This document shows, one piece after another, positions 1 through 6,735 of a stretch of 6,735 bases of DNA (position 1 is its first letter; the number at the start of each line of letters is the position of its first letter). Origin of the DNA: Octopus sinensis (taxonomy: Eukaryota). Made by a program: the position numbers and the translations under genes. Below the pieces are notes generated by a model. It was not told the DNA's origin. It saw only the letters and a list, made by a program, of their open reading frames with translations, and ran no database searches. The stretch lies in assembly GCF_006345805.1 (NCBI RefSeq), contig NW_021829259.1:1-6735 (forward strand), in the 5' to 3' direction.

Positions 1-300
1 GTAATATATATATATGTATAATCGTATGTAACATTAAGCAGACATATGTAATTTATTGTGTTGCAGGTGTTTGTCAAAGCGACAGCAACTTGGCCGTCTC
101 TTTGTACCAAATAACATACAAACCTCAGTCACTGTGTTTCTTGTTCAGACCAAACTGTATTCATGAAAGACAAGAATGTCATTTAATACCATTCAGCCAT
201 TCTGCAAAGCCGACGCTTCCATTTTGACGACTCGCGTCTGCTTTCAATTCGCTTGTATCCTATTAATGATATGAATTCAGCTGGTATATTTCTCTTGTCG

Positions 301-342
301 TTATTAGCTCCGTTTTATTGAAGTCGGAGGTATTGTTTTTCA
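301..342 (+). mobile_element. 5' end of non-autonomous Helentron (HINE/DINE-1-like) element
   Basis: TTATTAGCTCCG...CGGAGGTATTGTTTTTCA, with inverted CTCCG (308-312)/CGGAG (325-329). This resembles the TTATTACCTCCG...GGAGGTTATGTTTTC start of HINE-type elements. It continues after the SINE array. Confidence 0.6.
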
Positions 343-344
343 AA

Positions 345-1930
345 GGCGGCGAGCTGGAAGGAACGTTAGCACGCCGGGCGAAATGCTTAGCGGTATTTCG
401 TCTGCCGTTACGTTTTGAGTTCAAATTCCGCCGAGGTCGACTTTGCTTTTCATCCTTTCGGGGTCGATAAATTAAGCACCAGTTATACACATGGGTCGAT
501 ATAATCGACTTAATCCATTTGTCTGTCCTTGTTTGTCCCCTCTGTGTTTAGCCCCTTGTGAAATAGGTATTTTAAGGCTGCCTTGTTTGTCCCCTTGTGG
601 GCAATAAATAAATAAGAAACGTTAGCACGCCGGGTGAAATGCTTTGCGGTATTTCGTCTGCCATTACGTTGTGAGTTCAAATTCCGCCGAGGTCGACTTT
701 GCCTTTCATCCTTTCGGGGTCGATAAATTAAGTACCAGTTACGCACTGGAGTCCATGTAATCGACTTAATACCTATGTCTGTCCCTGTTTGTCCCCTCTG
801 TGTTTAGCCCCTTGTGGGTAATAAAGAAATAGGTATTTCGTCTGCCGTTACATTGTGAGTTCAAATTCCTCCGAGGTCGACTTTCATCCTTTCGGGGTCG
901 ATAAATTAAGTACCAGTTACACACTGGGGTCGATGTAATCGACTTAATACCTATGTCTGTCCTTGTTTGTCCCCTCTGTGTTTAGCCCCGTGTGGGTAGT
1001 AAAGAAATAGGTATTTCGTCTGTCGTTACGTTCTGAGTTCGAATTCCGCCGAGGTCGACTTTGCCTTTCATCCTTTCGGGGTCGATAAATTAAGTACCAG
1101 TTACGCACTGGTGTCGATATAATCGACTTAATACCTATGTCTGTTCTTGTTTGTCCCCTCTGTGTTTAGCCCCATGTGGGTAGTAAAGAAATAGGTATTT
1201 CGTCTGTCGTTACGTTCTGAGTTCAAATTCCACCGGGGTCTTCTTTGCCTTTCATCCTTTCAAGGTCGATAAATTAAGTACTAGTTATACACTGGGGTCG
1301 ATATAATCGACTTAATCCCTTTCTCTGCCCTTGTTTGTCCCCTCTATGTTTAACCCCTTGTGGGTAGTAAAGAAATAGGTATTACGTCTGTCGTTACGTT
1401 CTGAGTTCAAATTCCGCCGAGGTCGACTTTGCCTTTCATCCTTTCGGGGTCGATAAATTAAGTACCAGTTACCTACTGGGGTCGATATAATCGACTTAAT
1501 CCATTTGTCTGTCCTTGTTTGTCCCCTCTGTGTTTAGCCCCTTGTGGGTAGTAAAGAAATAGGTATTTCGTCTGTCGTTACGTTCTGAGTTCAAATTCCT
1601 CCGAGGTCGACTTTGCCTTTCGTCCTTTCGGGGTTGATAAATTAAGTACCAGTTACGCACTGGGGTCGATGTAATCGACTTAATACCTATGTCTGTCCTT
1701 GTTTGTCCCCTCTGTGTTTAGCCCCTTGTGGGTAGTAAAGAAATAGGTATTTCGTCTGTCGTTACGTTCTGAGTTCAAATTCCACCGAGGTCGTCTTTGC
1801 CTTTCATCCTTTCGAAGGTCGATAAATTAAGTACCAGTTATACACTGGGGTCGATGTAATCAACTTAATCCCTTTGTCTGTCCTTGTTTGTCCCCTCTGT
1901 GTTTAGCCCCATGTGGGTAGTAAGGAAATA
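345..1930 (+). repeat. Head-to-tail tandem array of 8 copies of a tRNA-derived SINE (184-bp monomer)
   Basis: The GGTATT(T/A)CGTCTG core starts at 392, 648, 832, 1010, 1194, 1378, 1562 and 1746 (spacings from 648 on: 184, 178, 184, 184, 184, 184, last unit 185). Every unit has a B-box-like GAGTTC(A/G)AATTCC. Only copy 1 has the full 5' head (GGCGGCGAGCTGG..., A-box-like); copy 2 has a partial head from ~615. Confidence 0.92.
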
Positions 1931-2291
1931 GGTATTGTTTTCAGTGGTGGTTGTTTGTTTATTTGTTTGTCTATTGACAAAATATCCTAAGAACCGCTGG
2001 ATGGATTTGGATGAAACTTTAAGGGATGTTTAGCCTTGTGTCTGGCACGAACTGCTTAGATTTTGGGCTCTATCTGGTACCGGACAAGGACACTAGATTA
2101 TTTTTTCTGTTTTGTTTTGTTTTACTTAATTTTTGAGAGTGGTCGGGTCCATTGTTAGTATTTTCATTTGTGAGGGCACTCGAGTTTATTTCAGAGATTC
2201 TCATTTTAAAACTCATCTCTGATTAATCGTTGAGTGGACGTTGGTGTTGCCTTGGCGGAAGTCTGCGCTCCCTAAGTGCTCTTCTTATCTT
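1930..2291 (+). mobile_element. Body and 3' end of non-autonomous Helentron (HINE/DINE-1-like) element
   Basis: A (GTTT)n-like microsatellite at ~1950-1972 is followed by GGATGGATTTGGATGAAACTT and TTAGATTTTGGG motifs. The end has a 3' subterminal repeat CTTGGCGGAAG (2251-2261) and a degenerate hairpin GCGCTCCCTAAGTGC. This is the layout characteristic of HINEs. Confidence 0.7.
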
Positions 2292-2294
2292 ATA

Positions 2295-2792
2295 CTAGTA
2301 GTATCGCCCGGCGTTGCTCGGGTTTGTAAGGGAAATAACTATATAAGCATTTTTAGAGAGTTATAGCCAAAAAATAGCAAAAAAATGCATTAAAAATGGA
2401 AAAAAAATGGTGGTAATTTTTTTAAACAGTCGTCGACTCATCGTAAACATTTTTAGAGAGTTTCTTCCCTTATATAAGAGCGAAAAAATGCATTAAAATG
2501 GAAAAAAAATGATGGTAATTTTTTTTAATAAATCGTAGACTCATCGTAAACATTTTTAGAGAGTTACTTCCCTTATATAATAGCGACAAAATGCATTAAA
2601 ATGGAAAAAAATGATGGTAATTTTTTTTTAAATCGTAGACTCATCGTAGGCGCGCGCTAATACCCAGAAGGGCTCGATATGAATCACGACTATAAGATAC
2701 CCGCTTTTGGTTAAACTGCACCGCAAAATGTGTGAGTAGTTAGGAATCTAAATCGTAGGAGACAGACACACAACCTTACTTTTATATATAAA
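2295..2792 (-). mobile_element. Non-autonomous Helitron
   Basis: The minus strand ends in the GC hairpin CCCGAGCAACGCCGGG (2322-2307), then CTAG (2298-2295), then T. The 5' end reads A|TTTATATATAAAAGTAAGGTTGTGTGTCTGTC (TT instead of canonical TC). No TSD. Internal tandem repeats are present. Confidence 0.8.
2348..2648. repeat. 3 x ~100-bp tandem repeat inside the Helitron
   Basis: Units begin CATTTTTAGAGAGTT at 2348, 2448 and 2551 and end GACTCATCGTA. Confidence 0.9.
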
Positions 2793-2977
2793 TATTTTCA
2801 ATAGTTTCTGAACGAACAGCTGTCTGTACTAGTGTGTATTATACATTTTGTGACATGCACGACGAAGTTGACTTGTCATACACGTCTATAGACATGGTAT
2901 TGATTGGTCACCTCAACTTGATGAAACGATTGTAAACAATGGAATGAATATTATGCCATAAGCTCTTCACCTATTTT

Positions 2978-3130
2978 GTGACTGTGGTAAGGAGCTCGCC
3001 TCCCACCGACATGACGCCGGGTTCAGTCTCACTGCATGACGCTTTGAGCCAGGGTTTTCGTCTATAACTCGGGCTATAGTACAAAATGTTAGTGGATTTG
3101 TTAGGCGGAAATGAACAAAGCCCTTCGCAT
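2978..3130 (+). mobile_element. Degenerate tRNA-SINE 5' half, same family as 4381-4535 and 5897-6288
   Basis: GTGACTGTGGTAAG...CCGGGTTCAGTCTCACTGC...AGTGGATTTGTTAGGCGGAAATGAA aligns by eye with the reverse complement of 4381-4535. It is followed by a TA/TG-rich tract as in the full-length copy. Confidence 0.75.
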
Positions 3131-3315
3131 AAATTTAAATAAGTAAATAAATAAATATATATATACACATATGAAAGAGAGCTTGTGTGTGTGTATCTGT
3201 GTGGGCGCGCGTGTATATTCCTTATGCATTCGAAAATTGAGTTGCCTATTTTAACGTATGGGGTATCACAAGATTCAGTAATCTTTCGGCTACCAAATAA
3301 ACTATATTTTCATTT

Positions 3316-3348
3316 ACACCCACACACACACACACACACCACACATAT

Positions 3349-3386
<38 letters not shown>
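3316..3386. repeat. Compound (CA)n-(TA)n microsatellite
   Basis: Directly visible. Confidence 0.95.
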
Positions 3387-3389
<3 letters not shown>

Positions 3390-3741
3390 ACACACAGAGA
3401 TTCGCTAAACTATCCGTAAATTTTATGCTAAAACAGATATGCTGTCGGTGAATTATGCCCGCAATTAGCCGAACAAGCAAAGCAGCCCTTAGTGAAGAAG
3501 CTAGGGGAAATAACCGAAACTGAACGTTCAATCTAAAAGTTTATCGAATTGTTGTTGGTGTTTTTGGACGATTGCAGCTCCTGTGAGCATATGTTTAGAC
3601 ATTTATGTGCTGTTCCTACAGCATTAGAGTATTATAGCTCTTATTTCTAGCAATGTAGGTTCTATTGCTTCTCTCAGTCGCATTTATAATTATAATTCTT
3701 CCTTTATTATAACTCTTTGCGCACGGTGTTTATATTAAATA

Positions 3742-3762
3742 ATATATATGCATAATATATAT

Positions 3763-3828
<66 letters not shown>

Positions 3829-3833
3829 TAAAT
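3742..3833. repeat. (TA)n-(TAAA)n microsatellite
   Basis: Directly visible. Confidence 0.95.
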
Positions 3834-4382
3834 ATAAGAGAGTGGTCACTATATGGCTCACTCTAGCACCAGTTAATCCAAAGGTTTCAACCACAAAAAT
3901 ACATGTTTCCCATGAAAGTCAGTACGATTGTTAGCTCACAGGACAGGGCAAATAAAAAATAACAAAATACAGATTATTTTGGGACAATTGTTTCGCTATT
4001 ATGAATTAAATGTAATTTTACTTACAAAAAAATCCACTTGTAGCTCGTCAGCCAAAACTATCTGGATGAAATCCACTCAATCACACGCCAGATTTTACCA
4101 TAACTATAAATACGCGTGTGGTTCAATTGATTACATCCGACGTTATAATTCAAATGCCCAAACTAACAGCGCGCCAAACTTTCACGGGAAACAAATACTG
4201 CATTTAGAAAATAAATGCAACATAATTATAATTAATTAATAAGGGTGAGAGAATTAGATACTAATTTAATAGTATATCTATTCAACACCAAGTGGCCTAG
4301 TGCTCCGAGAAACCTGGATTATTATAATATTTTATAATATATTATAATATTTTTACAAAATAGATATAAGAGAGTGGTCACT
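3832..4382 (-). mobile_element. Non-coding hammerhead-bearing retroelement unit (Penelope-like pLTR fragment or non-LTR retrozyme), 532-bp monomer plus 19-bp redundancy
   Basis: Exact direct repeat ATATAAGAGAGTGGTCACT at 3832-3850 and 4364-4382. It contains the hammerhead, abuts a (TA)n/(TAAA)n tract on the left and a truncated SINE on the right. No RT or GIY-YIG coding was seen. Confidence 0.65.
3970..4064 (-). ncRNA. Type I hammerhead ribozyme (Penelope-like element / retrozyme type)
   Basis: Minus strand reads CAGATAGTTTTGG-CTGACGA-GCTA-(42 nt)-TAGC-GAAA-CAATT-GTC/CCAAAATAATCTG. All core nucleotides are present (CUGANGA, GAAA, GUC). Stem I is 13 bp with one G-U and one A-A mismatch, stem II is GCTA/TAGC, and stem III is the palindrome ACAATTGT. 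Predicted cleavage is between 3983 and 3982. Confidence 0.88.
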
Positions 4383-4535
4383 TTCAGTTTCCGTCTACCA
4401 AATCCACTCACAAGGCTTTGGTCGGCCCGGAGCTATAGTAGAAGACACTTGCCCAAGATGCCACGCAGTGGGACTGAACCCGGAACCATGTGGTTGGTAA
4501 GCAAGCTACTTACCACACAGCCATTCCTGCGCCTA
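4381..4535 (-). mobile_element. tRNA-derived SINE, 5' half (3'-truncated)
   Basis: Minus strand has an A box (TGGCTGTGTGG), a B box (GGTTCAGTCCC) and a CTTGGGCAAGTGTCTT central motif. It is near-colinear with 6137-6288. Confidence 0.88.
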
Positions 4536-4542
4536 TCTTTAA

Positions 4543-4805
4543 GAAAATAAAAATAAATGCACCCTTTTAAAGCCTAGCCAGGCTCATGGGCCCGGTTTCC
4601 CGCTTTCAATGGGCTATGTGCTCCCTAGCTGGACAGGACACCAGTCCATCGCAGCGTTACTCATTTTTGCCAGCTGAGTTGACTGAAACAACGTGAAATG
4701 AAGTTTCTTGCTCAAGAACACAACGCGTCTACCGGTCCAGGAATCGAAACCACAACCTTATGATCATGATGCTGACACCCTAACCATTAATCCACGCGCT
4801 TCCAC
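4543..4805 (-). mobile_element. tRNA-derived SINE of a third family, apparently full length
   Basis: Minus strand has GTGGAAGCGCGTGGATTAATGGTTAGGG (A box), GGTTTCGATTCC (B box), the GTGTTCTTGAGCAAG central motif, GCGATGGACTGG..TCCAG, and a short TTTA/TTTTTA-type tail. Confidence 0.82.
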
Positions 4806-5177
4806 ATTACTTTGTTTACCTTTTCAAAATAATGTTAATCAACTTTCAGCTAGGAATGTGATCAACAACTCTAATTAAAAGATAATTAATGATTTCTCGA
4901 TGACGCTTCTTGTATTTAATTTCGCTTTCTTTCTTCATGAATGGCCAGGAAATGCTCCCGAGTCTGATACAAATAACAACTGGTGTGAATAGGACCACCA
5001 TAAGCTGTAATAGGAAAAGGGTTCGAAAGAATAACCACACCATATCGTCAGTCTCACAGCTTAACAAGGCATAGAAACGGTTCTGATATCCAACCGATCG
5101 ACAGGGGAAACTGCATTGTGGGGGGGAGTCTTACAAATTGCAGCCGAGGTTGGCGAGGACGCAGATAAAACTATAAA

Positions 5178-5384
5178 ATGGGATCTTCCCTCTTGGTTTT
5201 GATGCTTCTCGGTACGGCTTTGAGTAGTCCTGTCGTAGGGTACAGACACTGCGTTGATATTCAGTCGTTCGACAGCAGATTTAAAAAATTAGATTCAGTG
5301 GAGGCTGCACAAAAAAGAAAGAGTTTAACAAATTTTCAGATTAAATTCTATTCAAATCAGCTGCATTCATTAGAAACTAATTAA
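5178..5384 (+). CDS. Possible small secreted peptide ORF (68 aa), unverified
   Basis: Good start context (AAAATGG), signal-peptide-like N-terminus MGSSLLVLMLLGTALS-SP, basic sites KK and KRK, and it lies in apparently non-repetitive sequence. No recognisable homology. Confidence 0.2.
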   Translation: MGSSLLVLMLLGTALSSPVVGYRHCVDIQSFDSRFKKLDSVEAAQKRKSLTNFQIKFYSNQLHSLETN

Positions 5385-5896
5385 CGCCTCCTCGATCATG
5401 GCTTACGTATATTTGGCTTCTTTATGAAATTGCCAGGAAATAATTATTAAGACGAAGCTTAATAATGTCTAATTTACATTTCCCATATGATGTTTGTTCG
5501 TTTGTATTTTAAGCGAACTTTGCAAATATTAGCTGAGATTAAATGGACGACTCACAGCTATTCCAGTTACTGTGTAGCAAGAATGTTTGGCACAGCCCCG
5601 ATGACAAACTCACTGTCTAGAAATCGAACCCGAATCTCCGTACAGATTTGAAAATAAATAAGGAGCGCAAAAAGGATTGTTGACATTAGTCAAGATCTGA
5701 CCATTCAAATCTCTGTTCGAAATACCGAAAGCTTATCAATGGTTGGTATAAGCAGCAAAATCTATCGACCCACCAGATGTTTACAGTGATATAAAAAGCA
5801 TTTTTTTGCACACAAACAACGTATTCAAAGCTTATTAACAATTTTCTCTTTGGTGCCTTTTTTTCACAGACATTAGCTCGCTCTCGCTCATTTTCC

Positions 5897-6288
5897 TTTT
5901 ATTCTTTTACATGTTTCAGTCATTTGACTGCGGCCATGCTGGGGTACCGCCTTTAGTCAAACAAATTGACCCCAGGACTTATTTTTTATAAGGCCTAGTA
6001 CTTATTCCATCGGTCTCTTTTTCCGAGCCGCTAAGTTACAGGGAACAAACACACCAACATCCGTTGCCAAGCGATGGTGTGGGACAAAGAAACACAATCA
6101 TACAGATATATGAATATAAATATGCACGACGGTTTTCTTTCAGTTTCCGTCTAACAAATCCACTCACAAGACTTTGGTCATCCCGAGGCTATAGTAGCTG
6201 ATACTTGCTCAAGGTTGCCACGCAGTAGGACTTAAACCTGAACCATGTGGTTGGGAAGCAAGATTCTTACCACAAACCCTTCCTGTGT
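5897..6288 (-). mobile_element. Full-length ~390-bp tRNA-derived SINE with internal TA/TG tract and RTE-like 3' tail
   Basis: The head is homologous to 4381-4535. There is a central degenerate microsatellite at ~6090-6125. The 3' end CCCCAGCATGGCCGCAGTCAAATGACTGAAACATGTAAAAGAATAAAAG contains a CAGTCA/TGACTG hairpin. Confidence 0.85.
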
Positions 6289-6310
6289 ATAATATCTATA
6301 TATATATATA

Positions 6311-6349
<39 letters not shown>

Positions 6350-6357
6350 TATATATA
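6288..6357. repeat. Interrupted (TA)n microsatellite
   Basis: Directly visible. Confidence 0.95.
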
Positions 6358-6540
6358 CCAGAGTAAGGACATTCATGTGAAACAAGGTGGAAAAAAAGTA
6401 CTCAAATACCAGAGTAGAGTAACATGCTTTATTTGAAAGCAGCAGAAATATAACAAAAGCTGTTACTCAGAGTTTCACGTTCCGTTCGTCGGACATGCTT
6501 TGTATATTTCTGCTGCTTTAAATAATAAATAAAGTATGTG
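6355..6540 (-). mobile_element. Short fold-back element in (TA)n carrying a hammerhead-like core; probable Penelope-like pLTR remnant
   Basis: ~185-bp island flanked on both sides by (TA)n. Imperfect inverted repeat 6423-6463 vs 6493-6538. 11-bp direct repeat ATACCAGAGTA at 6355-6365 and 6406-6416. Confidence 0.6.
6461..6495 (-). ncRNA. Minimal type I hammerhead-like ribozyme with U4C core variant
   Basis: Minus strand reads TGT-CCGACGA-ACG-GAA-CGT-GAAA-CTCTGAG-TA/ACA. Stem II is ACG/CGT, stem III is near-palindromic ACTC-T-GAGT, the cleavage triplet is GUA (cut 6464/6463), and stem I TGT/ACA is extended by a long flanking inverted repeat. The core is CCGANGA rather than CUGANGA. Confidence 0.7.
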
Positions 6541-6541
6541 C

Positions 6542-6669
6542 ATATATATATATATATACTATATATAATATAGATATATATATATATAATATATAATATA
6601 TATATATATAATAATATATATATGTATAGTCATGATGGCAAAGAGACAGACAGACAGACACATAGATAA

Positions 6670-6735
<66 letters not shown>
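6542..6735. repeat. (TA)n followed by (GACA)n-(GATA)n microsatellites
   Basis: (TA)n at 6542-6622, (GACA)n at ~6644-6660, and (GATA)n from ~6663 to the window end. Confidence 0.95.

Noticed and set aside
263-746. ORFs 263-490 and 510-746 (-)
   Set aside because: Antisense translations of SINE copies; their mutual similarity just reflects the repeat.
345-1930. CRISPR-like array or tRNA gene cluster
   Set aside because: Units are 184-bp near-identical repeats without unique spacers. There are no cas genes and no complete cloverleaf; it is a SINE-derived tandem.
345-1930. Hammerhead ribozyme in the 184-bp monomer (retrozyme-sized repeat)
   Set aside because: No CUGANGA core was found on either strand of the monomer. 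Other ribozyme classes were not excluded.
2971-3531. ORFs 2971-3168, 3185-3388, 3310-3531
   Set aside because: They run through a SINE and microsatellites (YIYI, HTHT, CVCV runs) and are spurious.
3895-3925. Minus-strand CTGACTT...GAAACATGTA as a second core within the 532-bp unit
   Set aside because: It has a palindromic ACATGT, but the core lacks the GA of CUGANGA and stems I/II do not form; at most a relic.
3928-4239. 103-aa plus-strand ORF
   Set aside because: TTG start, no recognisable domain, and antisense to the hammerhead element.
4321-4350. 3 x 10-bp ATTATAATAT repeat
   Set aside because: Low-complexity AT slippage with no evidence of function.
5010-5052. Minus-strand CTGACGA as a third hammerhead
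   Set aside because: No stem II pairing, the downstream motif is GAAC rather than GAAA, and there is no stem I/III.
5560-5640. Old SINE remnant (minus-strand B-box-like GGGTTCGATTTC at ~5620-5631)
   Set aside because: Only one short motif; boundaries and family cannot be supported.

Overview
AT-rich, repeat-dense eukaryotic non-coding DNA. The SINE families and the (TA)n/(GATA)n load resemble octopus/coleoid cephalopod genomes (recognition from memory, not a database hit). No protein-coding gene is confidently supported. In order, the window holds: (1) a non-autonomous Helentron/HINE-like element (301-2291) split by an 8-copy, 184-bp tandem array of a tRNA-derived SINE, with an apparent 14-15 bp target-site duplication; (2) an abutting non-autonomous Helitron on the minus strand with 3 internal ~100-bp repeats; (3) several more tRNA-SINEs and microsatellites. 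The most notable signal is two different minus-strand hammerhead ribozyme folds next to (TA)n tracts. The first is a canonical type I hammerhead (3970-4064) inside a 532-bp non-coding unit bounded by a 19-bp terminal redundancy. The second is a minimal hammerhead with a non-canonical CCGACGA core (6461-6495) closed by a ~40-bp inverted repeat. Both look like Penelope-like pLTR or retrozyme (circular RNA) elements.
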